From: a virus
Length of the DNA: 64,000 nucleotides
Direction: 5' to 3' (one strand)
Virus record (IMG/VR): IMGVR_UViG_3300011187_000003
Coordinates: 23,726 to 87,725 of that record
Part shown: positions 9,890-19,922 of the stretch, piece after piece
Position numbering within the stretch: the first letter of the stretch is position 1
How the letters are laid out: each line of letters opens with the position of its first letter
Position numbers and translations under genes: made by a program
The notes under the pieces: generated by a model
Databases searched by the model: none
What the model was told of the DNA's origin: nothing
Seen by the model: only the letters and a program-made list of their open reading frames with translations

Positions 9890-11469
9890 TATAAAACTCT
9901 TTTTATGTAAACCTGAAGGTTTTTGTATCCATTCCATTCATTGATTCCTAGAGTACCAATAATTCCACAATTAAGCTGATGAAATTTATCTGACATTCCA
10001 AAACCTATAGCATCAATACCATCTATACTTGCTGATAAATGCTCTCCTCTGCTTCCTACTAACTCTTTACTACCTATTTCTCCAGTGATTTCAAACTTTG
10101 GAGTAGGATTACCTCTACCAGTAGGATTAAATACTTTTAAGTCATTAATTAAACTTAAGTTAATATCATCAGTTTCAATCTCCATATCAGCTTGCACCTT
10201 TTTGTAGCTTATATCTTTAGTATAATCAAGCATGTATTCTTTAAAGTCATCAATATTATCTTGCCTAATGGATAGGCCACAAGCGAACTTATGCCCTCCA
10301 AAGTTTTCTAAGTATGTATCAGCTGTTTTAAGTGATTCATATATGTTTAATGGTCTTACTGAACGACCACTACCTTTACAATTACCATCCTCATCAGGCT
10401 CACCAATCACAATAACAGGTAGATTTAATTTTTCCTTGATATCTCCTGCTACTAGTCCAACTACACCAGCTGGAATGTCCTCTTGAACGATTATAATATT
10501 ATCATGTTCATTTGTTTTCTTAAGCGCACTCTTAAGCGCTCTCTTAGATATCTCTTTCCTTCTCTCATTAATATTTCTAAGCTCTCTTGCAGTAGAACTA
10601 ACATCTAGCTGGCCTGATAAATACTCAAAACCTTTTTGATTCTCACTCAATCTACCTTGAGCATTAATCAGTGGAGCTATTTGGTAACCAATCTTACCTG
10701 CAGTTATATCTCCTATCTTTTTATTCTGTACATTAGCCAGCTCTCTAAGTGGCTCCATAGGATTACTGTTAAATTTCTTTAGCCCTTCAGCAACTATAGC
10801 TCTGTTGTCGTCTCTTAGAGGCACCACATCAGCCACTGTAGCAAATGCTACAAGGTCTAATACCTCATAAAACTCTTCCTTGAGCAGGTGCCTTGCAACC
10901 ATCCATGCTATACCTGCACCACAGTACTCAGTAAACTCTAAGTCACCACTCTCTACCTTTAAATCAACAAACTCAGTACCAATTGATTCTTCAGCTTCAT
11001 GGTGGTCTATTACTATCACATCAATACCTTCTTCTTTTAATTGTTTTATGTATTCCCAATCACTAATACCACAGTCAACTGTGATAACTAAATCTTTACC
11101 TTGTTCTAATATGTAATCAACTACCCTCTGAGAAAGGCCATAACCATCCTTAAACCTACTGCTAATCATACCCTCTACATTATCTGCCCCTAACTTTTCA
11201 AGCATCTTATAGAGGATTGTCGCACCTGATGTACCATCTACATCATAATCACCATAGACAAGAATCTGGCTTTGGTATTCTAGATGCTGAGAAATTATCG
11301 CCTCTATTCTATCAATATTTGGTATATTATTAGTGTCCTGTAGGTTATCTATGCTAGGGTGAAGAAAATTTCTAAGCTCAGAATAAGAAGAAGCAAGCCC
11401 TCTTTTTTCTAAGAGCTTACTTATTATTTCATCAAACCCAAAATCATCTAAGACTTCTTGTTCTTTCAT
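9889..11469 (-). CDS. recJ: ssDNA-specific exonuclease RecJ
   Basis: YGDYDVDG, TVDCG, IDHH, ATVADVV, GSGRS and FGGH motifs. Confidence 0.95.
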   Translation of the reverse strand: MKEQEVLDDFGFDEIISKLLEKRGLASSYSELRNFLHPSIDNLQDTNNIPNIDRIEAIISQHLEYQSQILVYGDYDVDGTSGATILYKMLEKLGADNVEGMISSRFKDGYGLSQRVVDYILEQGKDLVITVDCGISDWEYIKQLKEEGIDVIVIDHHEAEESIGTEFVDLKVESGDLEFTEYCGAGIAWMVARHLLKEEFYEVLDLVAFATVADVVPLRDDNRAIVAEGLKKFNSNPMEPLRELANVQNKKIGDITAGKIGYQIAPLINAQGRLSENQKGFEYLSGQLDVSSTARELRNINERRKEISKRALKSALKKTNEHDNIIIVQEDIPAGVVGLVAGDIKEKLNLPVIVIGEPDEDGNCKGSGRSVRPLNIYESLKTADTYLENFGGHKFACGLSIRQDNIDDFKEYMLDYTKDISYKKVQADMEIETDDINLSLINDLKVFNPTGRGNPTPKFEITGEIGSKELVGSRGEHLSASIDGIDAIGFGMSDKFHQLNCGIIGTLGINEWNGYKNLQVYIKRVL

Positions 11470-11521
11470 TTTACTAATACCATCCCTTCCTTATTTGCAA
11501 AAATCCAATATTTGAAAATAA

Positions 11522-11782
11522 CTAAATAATCAAAGCGTTTTCTACTCTCTCCATATCTTCACCTAAAATGGTAACAATACTCATTGTCTTATTGTTCATT
11601 GTAAAAATTAATGAACCAATACCACTCTTAAAACATAGATAGCCATCAGTAAACCTATTTAACTTTATAGTTTTATATTTATCATGGAGAAGATAGGCCA
11701 GCTGGTCAGTAGATATATCTCTGTCATCCAGCCTATCCTCAGCATGGTCAGTTAACTTAACATGAATATCATTAATCTGCAT
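11522..11782 (-). CDS. DUF4258/RelE-like small protein
   Basis: LTDHAEDRL..R.I start and C-terminal IVT strand. Confidence 0.5.
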   Translation of the reverse strand: MQINDIHVKLTDHAEDRLDDRDISTDQLAYLLHDKYKTIKLNRFTDGYLCFKSGIGSLIFTMNNKTMSIVTILGEDMERVENALII

Positions 11783-11797
11783 TGCGATTACCTCCTT

Positions 11798-12685
11798 CTA
11801 AAAACTTAACGAATTAACCTGCTTCTTCTTCTTCTTACTATCAACATGAGTATAAATCTGTGTAGTAGCAAGGTCAGAATGTCCTAGTATCTCCTGTAAA
11901 GCCTTGATATCTTTAGTCTTTTTATAGAACAGAGTACTGAAAGTATGTCTAAGCTTATGTGGGGTAATTCTCTTATTAATATTAGCTTGATTAACATAAG
12001 CTTTAACCAGCCTCTGTACAGTCCTCTTACTCACAGCATTTCCCCTATTAGACAAGAATACAGGCTCTTTATCTTTCTTGTAGCAGGTACCTCTTTCATT
12101 ATTAATGTAATCAACCAAGTATTCCTTAGCCTTATCATGTAGTGGGACAACTCTGTCCTTATTGCCCTTACCTTTTTCAACATCAATAACACCATTACTA
12201 AAGTCTATGTTATCAAGGTCTAAACTACATACCTCACTTACTCTCAATCCTGAGAAGGTCATTAAATAAACAATGGCTTTGTTCCTCTTAGGAGACCTGC
12301 TGTCATCACCATCAACAGCCTTAAAGAATTGCTTAAGCTCATGCTCATCCATATACACTGGCTTCTTATTGCTTCTCTCTTTAACTTTTTCTAAACCTGT
12401 AGCTGGAGAAGTTAGAATTTTGTCCTTATCTTCAAGGTAGCTGTAGTATTTTTTAATAGAGTACATCTTCCTGTTTCTTGTGGATGATGCATTGTTTTGA
12501 TTAACATAATTTAAAAACTCATTAATCTCCTTTGCAGAATAGCTCTCGTATTCTGCATCACTGCTGTTATGAAAGTTTATAAACTGCTTAATATCATTAG
12601 AATAATTCTCTGCAGTCAACTCACTATGTCCCCTCTCAGTAATAAGATAATCTTTGAAATTCTGAATAGTCTTAGAAAATTTCAT
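11798..12685 (-). CDS. xerC: XerC/XerD-family tyrosine recombinase
   Basis: SGLRVSE, KGKGNKDR, TPHKLRHTF, LGHSDLATTQIYTH. Confidence 0.9.
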   Translation of the reverse strand: MKFSKTIQNFKDYLITERGHSELTAENYSNDIKQFINFHNSSDAEYESYSAKEINEFLNYVNQNNASSTRNRKMYSIKKYYSYLEDKDKILTSPATGLEKVKERSNKKPVYMDEHELKQFFKAVDGDDSRSPKRNKAIVYLMTFSGLRVSEVCSLDLDNIDFSNGVIDVEKGKGNKDRVVPLHDKAKEYLVDYINNERGTCYKKDKEPVFLSNRGNAVSKRTVQRLVKAYVNQANINKRITPHKLRHTFSTLFYKKTKDIKALQEILGHSDLATTQIYTHVDSKKKKKQVNSLSF

Positions 12686-12763
12686 TGTTTATTACCTCCT
12701 CTTCATTTGTTAAGTTTATTATACCATCCATAATATTACTTGTCAAGGATTTTTTATAATAAT

Positions 12764-13291
12764 TTACATTTGTAATACATTAGAAAAATATTTCAGCTGT
12801 TCTTTAATTTCCTGAGATTGTCTATCAAATAATTTATAGGGTTTTAGTACACCAACAATCTTACCATCATCAATGATTGTTAGTACCTCACTGTTCTCTT
12901 TGTATCCAAATTCCTTGTTCTCAAATATCTTAAGATAGTTACTATTAATACAACCAAACCTATTACCTGCAATAAATAATGGATTACCCTTAAAGGATAT
13001 TTCAGTAACAGTAGCTGAGTTATCACTGCTTGCAGGTGTACCAAGCGTTTCTGCAGTAGGATTATATTCATTCTCCTCTGCATCATACTTAATAGCATCA
13101 CCTATCTGTAGAGTAGGAGCCTCAGCTCTTTTTTTATACCCACTCCATTTGTTAATGAATGTCTTATATCCTTCTAAGTCTAGCTTAAGCATCAGGATTA
13201 AGTCACTCACTAAGAACTCATCATCAGCAGGGCGTTCAATCCACAGCCTGCCAGTCTTATTAAAAGCTTGTGCAATCTTTTTGTGCTTCAT
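12764..13291 (-). CDS. Hypothetical protein
   Basis: GAGGAGG RBS and promoter at 13313-13341. Confidence 0.65.
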   Translation of the reverse strand: MKHKKIAQAFNKTGRLWIERPADDEFLVSDLILMLKLDLEGYKTFINKWSGYKKRAEAPTLQIGDAIKYDAEENEYNPTAETLGTPASSDNSATVTEISFKGNPLFIAGNRFGCINSNYLKIFENKEFGYKENSEVLTIIDDGKIVGVLKPYKLFDRQSQEIKEQLKYFSNVLQM

Positions 13292-13328
13292 TTTTTTCCC
13301 TCCTCTACTATTATTATACACATCTAAG

Positions 13329-13712
13329 CTAATTTTTTAAACCAATAATTGAATTAAATTTTATTTTTTCTTTGAGATAGTTAATCATCTTATCATCAGG
13401 GTAGTTTTTATCATAATATTCCAGCATATTCTCTACCTCACCAGCTGTTACTTGAGCTAAGAATTGATTAGCCCTCTGCTTAAATTGCTCTACTTCAAAA
13501 TCATTATGTTCTTTGTCACCCTGAAATTTAAACTTCTTTTCACATAGATTAAACCTCCAATAAAATAGAAGTGTATCAATTGCATCATAAAAGCTAACAG
13601 TATTGATATTGGTACCCTCATCTGCATAGACTTCTTCAAGGCTAAAGTCAGTTCTTTTTACCTGTGGAGAGTTTTTAAATCTTATAAGCTTACTTCTCCA
13701 TCTACTTTGCAT
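13329..13712 (-). CDS. Hypothetical protein
   Basis: ORF with RBS, translationally coupled. Confidence 0.6.
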   Translation of the reverse strand: MQSRWRSKLIRFKNSPQVKRTDFSLEEVYADEGTNINTVSFYDAIDTLLFYWRFNLCEKKFKFQGDKEHNDFEVEQFKQRANQFLAQVTAGEVENMLEYYDKNYPDDKMINYLKEKIKFNSIIGLKN

Positions 13713-13891
13713 TATTTATCATCCCCTTCTATAGTTAAGTTATAGTCAACTTCATCCCTAATACCTTCTATTTCAGTAATCTCCCCATCTCTCTCCTCAA
13801 CTTCCTTGGTATCAATGTCACCTAATTCAAAAGATGCTGTCACCTCTGCATCATAACCACCATTATCATTTTTGGTTAACTTAATATCCAT
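13712..13891 (-). CDS. Small acidic hypothetical protein (59 aa)
   Basis: AAGGAG RBS, MDIKLTKNDNGGY…; fills operon gap. Confidence 0.6.
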   Translation of the reverse strand: MDIKLTKNDNGGYDAEVTASFELGDIDTKEVEERDGEITEIEGIRDEVDYNLTIEGDDK

Positions 13892-13906
13892 TATTATTAT
13901 CTCCTT

Positions 13907-14242
13907 TTATTTATCATACTCATTTAATCCTAAGCTAACATCCTCCAGTTTTTGAAGCAGGCCAAAATACTCTTTTGTGTCAAGTTCTTTATTATTGAAT
14001 TGTTCAGTAGCACAATTACCTATAGTTTCAAATGCATTATAAACACTCATTTCAGCAAATATATCTTTAATCTGCCCCTTATCATCTTCATAAAACTCAC
14101 AGGCCAGACTCCACCCTTCCTCAATTATGCTCTTAGCCTCAGCATAAGATATATCATACTTTTGTGCATATTCTTTAGCCTTACCCTTTCTTATCTCTTT
14201 AAAGGTAGCCTCTAACTCTTTAACTTTATTAGGTTTCTTCAT
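13907..14242 (-). CDS. Hypothetical protein
   Basis: AGGAGGAG RBS. Confidence 0.65.
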   Translation of the reverse strand: MKKPNKVKELEATFKEIRKGKAKEYAQKYDISYAEAKSIIEEGWSLACEFYEDDKGQIKDIFAEMSVYNAFETIGNCATEQFNNKELDTKEYFGLLQKLEDVSLGLNEYDK

Positions 14243-14267
14243 TATATCTCCTCCTATAATATATTTT

Positions 14268-14561
14268 TTATTCCATATACCTATCTAGTCCATCTATCTT
14301 AATTATAGCTTGCCAGCTGACATACCATTCATAGAGTTCCTTCTCATTACTGACTAAATACTGGCCTTCAGTGGAACCAACATCAAGCAGGTCATAGCTT
14401 CTACCTATCTTCCCATAGAATAAGCTTCCCACCTTATCTACCTTATGGTAGATATGGTCATAAAACTCATCTCTGTCTAGGTCTTTTGGTAGCTGGTCAC
14501 CTAATGTATCATCCAAAAACTCTGCCCCATCATTGTAATATTTCATGTTAACTTCCTTCAT
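14268..14561 (-). CDS. Hypothetical protein
   Basis: GAGGAGG RBS, coupled. Confidence 0.6.
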   Translation of the reverse strand: MKEVNMKYYNDGAEFLDDTLGDQLPKDLDRDEFYDHIYHKVDKVGSLFYGKIGRSYDLLDVGSTEGQYLVSNEKELYEWYVSWQAIIKIDGLDRYME

Positions 14562-14962
14562 TATTTATTACCTCCTCTAGTTAGTCCCATAATTGAACGC
14601 CTAACTCTAATAGCTTGCTCAGTCCTCTCTAGTAAATCAGCTATCTTCTTGTCCTCAACTCCTTGATTATATAGAAACTCAAGTAATCTCATATCCTTGC
14701 TAGTCCAAATAAACATGTTCCTACTATCAGTAAACTTACTATCAGCATCAAACTTAATAGCATAACCTGTCGTATTACTGAAGATTACTGTTAAGTCATC
14801 AACTGTTTTTAAATCCTCTAAATACCTAAACACAGTTCTCCTGCAAACACCTAAGTATTCAGCTATCTCCTCAGCAGTCAGTGCAAGGTTGTTATTGATA
14901 TAATCTATCATCCTTAACAACCTTACAAACTTTTTCTCTAAGCGTTTATCCTTCATAGCCAT
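14561..14962 (-). CDS. Double-HTH DNA-binding protein (HTH_11-like N-terminus)
   Basis: LTAEEIAEYLGVCRRTVFRYLEDL; second HTH WTSKD…IADLLERTEQAI. Confidence 0.7.
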   Translation of the reverse strand: MAMKDKRLEKKFVRLLRMIDYINNNLALTAEEIAEYLGVCRRTVFRYLEDLKTVDDLTVIFSNTTGYAIKFDADSKFTDSRNMFIWTSKDMRLLEFLYNQGVEDKKIADLLERTEQAIRVRRSIMGLTRGGNK

Positions 14963-15344
14963 ACACAGTCTTGTAGCTTACCCCCTCTTCAATATCTTTT
15001 AAGCAATCACCATCTGATTTATATATTTGACCTATTGAGTGATATTGGTGTTTGTCCTTGCTAGATTGCATATAGATTGTCCAAAAACGACCTGTATATT
15101 GCCCCTTAACTTCAGACTCTAATACATAACTTTTTTCATCTTCACCCCAATTGATGAGCTTGTACACCTTGCCATCAATAGTTTTTGTGTTATCATATCC
15201 CCCCATATAGAAGTCAGGGTCATCAATGATATCTACCTCTGCTATCACATACTTAGGCTGTTCACCTTCAAAATGGAAGTCCCTCTTGTAATCACTAATG
15301 TCAGCATCCTTAACATAATCAAACAGGTTATCAAATAATTTCAT
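14946..15344 (-). CDS. Hypothetical protein
   Basis: AGGAGGT RBS. Confidence 0.65.
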   Translation of the reverse strand: MKLFDNLFDYVKDADISDYKRDFHFEGEQPKYVIAEVDIIDDPDFYMGGYDNTKTIDGKVYKLINWGEDEKSYVLESEVKGQYTGRFWTIYMQSSKDKHQYHSIGQIYKSDGDCLKDIEEGVSYKTVYGYEG

Positions 15345-15396
15345 TTTATTACCTCCTAAGTTTTTTTGGTCACTCTGCTTTTAGACTGTTGCTGTT

Positions 15397-15882
15397 TTAG
15401 ATATGGAGAATATTCTTTCTGAGCAAGAAGTTAACTGCACCTCTTACACTATCAAAGTCAACTTCTTTTTTCTTTTCTCCATTTACATACTTATTATAAT
15501 ACACTTTGTCACTACCTACAATTTTTACCTCAAGTACTTTGTCATGCCCCCTGTTGTCATTATACTCAAACCTATACTGCTTATTGTTCATCAGCTCCTC
15601 CATTATTTGTTTTGCTTTAATCTTTTGATACTGACTCTTATAGTCACTGAGCTGTCCATACTCCATATGAGTAGTGAAGTCCCTCATCTTATCTATGTCA
15701 TCATCATCCCACATCCTGTTGCCACCATCAGTCCACTTAGGCTCAGGAACTAGCCTGCCCATACCAACCTCTTTACCTTTTCTACTTAATACATCCCATT
15801 TATGAACAGTCAGTTTAGTAACACCTACAAGCTCTGCTGTTTCATTTATAGTATAATACCTTCTACCATCTATTACTTTCAT
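15397..15882 (-). CDS. MerR-type HTH DNA-binding protein
   Basis: YYTINETAELVGVTKLTVHKWD…P..TDGGNRMW…DI. Confidence 0.7.
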   Translation of the reverse strand: MKVIDGRRYYTINETAELVGVTKLTVHKWDVLSRKGKEVGMGRLVPEPKWTDGGNRMWDDDDIDKMRDFTTHMEYGQLSDYKSQYQKIKAKQIMEELMNNKQYRFEYNDNRGHDKVLEVKIVGSDKVYYNKYVNGEKKKEVDFDSVRGAVNFLLRKNILHI

Positions 15883-15985
15883 TATTTATTACCTCCCTTT
15901 CATTCTACTTGTTATAATAACATATCCAGTATAATATGTCAACCTTTAATTTGGATTAATTACCTCTGTTATTAGAGTGTTGCTG

Positions 15986-16618
15986 TTAAGCAAAATCAAG
16001 GTTATTAAATAGCTTTTGTGCTTGCTCCATTGATATCATATCACCAGCATGCTCCATTAGGCCATTGCTTTCAAACTCATTGCCATAAAAACCAAAGCAG
16101 GAGTCAATTAACTCCTTTTCTGTATGTCCACAATGCTCACAGGCCTCTTTTTTAAAGAGTTCAAACCCATATACTTTACCCTGAAGGTAATTGTTATAAG
16201 TTTTAACTTCTCCTTTTAACATTTTTCTAGTAAGCTCCAAAGTATCCTCTGTTATTTCATCTGTCATAAACCATTCTTTAATATCTTCATAAGTAGCATA
16301 GATAAACCCAATCTCTCCTGAATCCCACTCAGCATGATGTGCTCTGCCTACAAATGATTTAGTATCCATTGCTAGCTGGGAATGGTCATAGAGGTATAGA
16401 GGCAGAATAACAGCTTTCTCAGGCTCTTCTACCTGATGTTCTATTTCCCCTTGCCAACTACCTTCTTTACCTGTAGCCTGTGCATCCCCTAAGTCATATC
16501 TTTTATGCTCACACACCATTGTTCCTAAGTTATCCCACTCTCTAGGGGTTTTAGCATGCTCATCATTATATATCTCCAGCATTAAATCCTCTGTCTTTGC
16601 TTTATATACTTTTCTCAT
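15986..16618 (-). CDS. Conserved-looking acidic phage early protein
   Basis: PREWDNLGTM, LPLYLYDHS, WDSG.IGF, DSCFGFYG motifs; GAGGAGG RBS. Confidence 0.7.
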   Translation of the reverse strand: MRKVYKAKTEDLMLEIYNDEHAKTPREWDNLGTMVCEHKRYDLGDAQATGKEGSWQGEIEHQVEEPEKAVILPLYLYDHSQLAMDTKSFVGRAHHAEWDSGEIGFIYATYEDIKEWFMTDEITEDTLELTRKMLKGEVKTYNNYLQGKVYGFELFKKEACEHCGHTEKELIDSCFGFYGNEFESNGLMEHAGDMISMEQAQKLFNNLDFA

Positions 16619-16641
16619 TATTTATAACCTCCTCAAGGTTT

Positions 16642-16713
16642 TTAATTCCAGTAACTGCTTTCACCTGACAACAAAGCTGATATCAGGTACATTATATCAT
16701 ATAAATTTTGCAT
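16642..16713 (-). CDS. Possible 23-aa mini-ORF with hairpin-sequestered RBS
   Basis: GAGGGGCTGATATCAG-ATG…; MQNLYDIMYLISALLSGESSYWN*. Confidence 0.3.
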   Translation of the reverse strand: MQNLYDIMYLISALLSGESSYWN

Positions 16714-16735
16714 CTGATATCAGCCCCTCTCTGTT

Positions 16736-17221
16736 TTACTCTTCTTCTTTATCATGCCATTGAAGGCCTCTTGCTTCATAAAGTGGTGTCCAGTGATGGG
16801 AATAAAAGTCATAATCAGCACCATCAATACCAAAGTATAGAGTGCCTGTTTCAATAAATTCATATACCCTGAACCCACACTGCTTCATGATATCAATGTT
16901 TTCTCTAGCCCATTCCTCATCGAACCCTGAACCAAATGTCCACAGCGTACCCCACATAGGGAGGAATGAATCAGGCTCATCATAAAGGTCATCAATGTCA
17001 ACCTCAACCTCCCCTTCTACTATTGCCTTATCTCCACTAACCTCCATTACTTCAACCTTGCGCTGAAGCTCATTGCTCCAAACATAATCTCCTTCTACAA
17101 TAACACTTCTAGTTAACTCATAAAATGAATCAATATTATTTTTAAGCACACTCTCAATCAAACTGTATTCTACTGCATCAAACCCATTTGCCCACTCTCT
17201 AACTGCATCTTTTTTATCCAA
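16736..17221 (-). CDS. Hypothetical protein (TTG start)
   Basis: PMWGTLW and FGIDGADYDFY..HW motifs; promoter and RBS. Confidence 0.7.
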   Translation of the reverse strand: MDKKDAVREWANGFDAVEYSLIESVLKNNIDSFYELTRSVIVEGDYVWSNELQRKVEVMEVSGDKAIVEGEVEVDIDDLYDEPDSFLPMWGTLWTFGSGFDEEWARENIDIMKQCGFRVYEFIETGTLYFGIDGADYDFYSHHWTPLYEARGLQWHDKEEE

Positions 17222-17300
17222 AGTTATAACCTCCTCAAGGTTAATGTCTTATTAACTTCACTATAATTATTATAACATAATCACTATACCATGTCAAACA

Positions 17301-17645
17301 TTAATTAACATGTTTTTGATATGATTCTTCAGGAATAAAAATCTTTCTTGCTAAGATAACATCCTGATTAGTAGGCTTCCTTCTATCTCCAGCCACATAG
17401 CACTCAACAATAACTCTGTCCTTCTCTGTCCTGAAGTTATCTAAGTAGTCCTCAGTCTGCTCTTTAGTAGGCAGTACATGGATGCCTGTTACATAGTATC
17501 TATCATTACCACCATCTCTACCCCACCTAATCTCTGCCTCATACCATCTATTAGGGAGCAGTGTTCTGTTCCTGTTAATCCCCTTAAATAAATTTTTAAG
17601 TTTATCATCTTTCCTTAACATTATTTTATATGCTTTTTGAATCAT
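17301..17645 (-). CDS. Hypothetical protein
   Basis: GAGGAGGT RBS; preceded by a long structured leader. Confidence 0.65.
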   Translation of the reverse strand: MIQKAYKIMLRKDDKLKNLFKGINRNRTLLPNRWYEAEIRWGRDGGNDRYYVTGIHVLPTKEQTEDYLDNFRTEKDRVIVECYVAGDRRKPTNQDVILARKIFIPEESYQKHVN

Positions 17646-17654
17646 ATGTATTTA

Positions 17655-17778
17655 CCTCCTCTGTCGTATTTGAAGGCCACACTGTTAGGAGCTTATAACC
17701 CCTAACAGTAAGGAGCTGACACATCTATATAGCAAGGAGCTGATTTCTCACTACTTTGTGGCCTTATTACCTTCACTA
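17655..17778 (-). ncRNA. Structured leader/sRNA with repeated anti-RBS motif (TC)AGCTCCT
   Basis: Promoter 17784-17812; 9-bp closing stem AAGGCCACA/TGTGGCCTT; motifs at 17734-17744, 17710-17719, 17687-17693. Confidence 0.55.
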
Positions 17779-17840
17779 ATTATATTGTATCAAGCATGGT
17801 ATAGTTTGTCAAGTCATATATGGAATTTATTAAAATTATT

Positions 17841-18248
17841 TTATTCTCTTCTCTCAAACTGTAACCTGAAGTCACCTTCAAAGATAAACATAATATACAC
17901 ATCATCATTATTGATGTTTAAGTTTTCATTTAAGTATTCACTTGCTACATCTACAAGTCTATTGCTCCAGTAAATGTGCTCTTCAAGCTGTTCATGATAT
18001 CTATCCTCATCCACTTTAAACCCAAACATCTCTAAGGCCTCTTTGACTAAGTACTGCCCTGCTCTGTCAGGCACTAGTATATCAATAACACCTACTTTTC
18101 TATCATCAATATCAGGGTAGATTTCCAAATCATTTTCTGCTCTGTTATTTACTTCTTCTTCAACACTTTCCCAATAAAAATTATCATCTAAGTGATTCTT
18201 TACCTGCTTGTCAAACTCTTCCTTAGTTAACTCTGTTACATCTGTCAT
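17841..18248 (-). CDS. Acidic hypothetical protein
   Basis: Promoter and GAGGAGG RBS. Confidence 0.65.
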   Translation of the reverse strand: MTDVTELTKEEFDKQVKNHLDDNFYWESVEEEVNNRAENDLEIYPDIDDRKVGVIDILVPDRAGQYLVKEALEMFGFKVDEDRYHEQLEEHIYWSNRLVDVASEYLNENLNINNDDVYIMFIFEGDFRLQFERRE

Positions 18249-18331
18249 ATTATTTTTACCTCCTCAATTTTTTATCTTCACTATTAATAGTATAACAAAT
18301 ACATAACATGTTGTCAAGTAATATATCAAAT

Positions 18332-18460
18332 TTATTCCAAAAACAACAATGGAATCCAGCACACCACAACAACAATAAAGAATGTTAAGCTGTCTGTCAT
18401 TGACAAGCTTGTCAGTCCACCTATAGCAAGCAATAAGAACATGTTAATGTAATAAGTCAT
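18332..18460 (-). CDS. Small membrane protein (42 aa)
   Basis: GGAGGGGG RBS; two hydrophobic stretches. Confidence 0.5.
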   Translation of the reverse strand: MTYYINMFLLLAIGGLTSLSMTDSLTFFIVVVVCWIPLLFLE

Positions 18461-18549
18461 GTAATCCCCCTCCTTCGATAGAGGCCACTCTCAGGCCTCT
18501 TAGAAGCTTTGATAATATCTCTCTCCTTCATGTACTCTACATCTAGTTT

Positions 18550-18789
18550 TTATCCCCAATACGCTTTGACATAATCTTTAAACACCTTATTTGCATCTTT
18601 CCTTGTTGTAACTTTAGTCTTATACTTGCTAATCTCTGCAATAGCCTCTTTGCTCTCATTATCCTCATAAACCCTTATCTCAGCCACCGTCAATGAGTTT
18701 TCTTCTTCATATATTTGATATACTTCCTCAACCTCTATGTCAGTATTGTTTAATAAGTGTTGGCGTACAATCTCTGTTAATCTTTGCAT
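18550..18789 (-). CDS. Hypothetical protein
   Basis: AGGAGGT RBS. Confidence 0.6.
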   Translation of the reverse strand: MQRLTEIVRQHLLNNTDIEVEEVYQIYEEENSLTVAEIRVYEDNESKEAIAEISKYKTKVTTRKDANKVFKDYVKAYWG

Positions 18790-18795
18790 ATTTTA

Positions 18796-19014
18796 TTACC
18801 TCCTATAGTTTTCCTTTTGAAGATTTGGGTAAAAAGGTTTAGCTTTATTGAATGTTAGCTTGTCCCCATGAGTTTTAACAAACTCATCTGAGCCAACACC
18901 CATGTAAACTGCCTTCATACCAAATGCATCCTGAGTTAATACAAACTTAATTATACCTCTATCCTCAGTCCCTTTAGGTGCTAGTGGGCTGTCACTATCA
19001 ATAACTTTATTCAT
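18796..19014 (-). CDS. Hypothetical protein
   Basis: Promoter and AAGGAGGT before MNKVIDS. Confidence 0.6.
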   Translation of the reverse strand: MNKVIDSDSPLAPKGTEDRGIIKFVLTQDAFGMKAVYMGVGSDEFVKTHGDKLTFNKAKPFYPNLQKENYRR

Positions 19015-19092
19015 ATTTATTACCTCCTTAATTGATTCTAAACTTAGTATAACACAACCAGTACATGTTGTCAAACAATATATCAAATTATT

Positions 19093-19806
19093 TTAAAAAT
19101 ACAAGTGACTGTAAAACTCTATCTCATGCTTGTTACCTTCAACATCTACAAACCATACCTGTTCACTCCCAACATCTATTTCTATTTCCTCACCTTCAAA
19201 ATCAAACTCAACATCTCCACCACCACGAAAATTATAACCTGCATTTTCTGAACAAGCAGTGCCTACTCCATCTATATTAGCACTAACATCCCTAAGACCC
19301 ATTAAGAAGTAGTCAAATGCAGGGAGCTTAAAGATAACAGGCTTAGTATACCCTCCACGAATGTCGCATCCATTGTGGATGGACAAGATGATATACTCTG
19401 CATCATAGAAATCATCATCATATGGTATAACAAACTGTATATTTTGGTCAAGTACACATTCTTGATTATAAGTATTGCGCACTAACTTATTATCTGCCAG
19501 CTGGTCAGCAAATGTCTCCATATCTGCTAAGTATGAATCCTCTGAATGTTCCATATACTGCTCAAACTTTTTGTTCATTTTTTCAGCATCCTCATCAAAC
19601 TCTAGCATGTTGGTCAGGTAATGATAGACAGGTACATGAAATAGTAACTCATCCTCAAAGTAATCTATCTTTATCTCAGGCTCATCCTCAAAGTCTTTAC
19701 CTTGATTCTCCTCCCAATGTCTACCATATACACTGCCTGAATCTAAAAAGTGACTGCCTGTGTTTTTTGTTAGCATATCCTTTACAGTATCCTTAATATC
19801 CATCAT
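19093..19806 (-). CDS. Conserved-looking acidic phage early protein
   Basis: MLT.NTG.HFLDSG..YGR.W and IH.G.DIRGGYT.P motifs. Confidence 0.7.
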   Translation of the reverse strand: MMDIKDTVKDMLTKNTGSHFLDSGSVYGRHWEENQGKDFEDEPEIKIDYFEDELLFHVPVYHYLTNMLEFDEDAEKMNKKFEQYMEHSEDSYLADMETFADQLADNKLVRNTYNQECVLDQNIQFVIPYDDDFYDAEYIILSIHNGCDIRGGYTKPVIFKLPAFDYFLMGLRDVSANIDGVGTACSENAGYNFRGGGDVEFDFEGEEIEIDVGSEQVWFVDVEGNKHEIEFYSHLYF

Positions 19807-19922
19807 AATTTTTACCTCCTAATTTTTTTGGTCAACTTAACTTCACTAATAATAGTATAACAGTTATGTAATATCATGTCAAGGGTAAATTCAAATTTAT
19901 TTTACCCTTGACAAAATCTTTG

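Noticed and set aside
17680-17750. CsrB/RsmZ-type GGA sponge on the plus strand
   Set aside because: The promoter and all neighbouring genes face the minus strand; kept only as an alternative.
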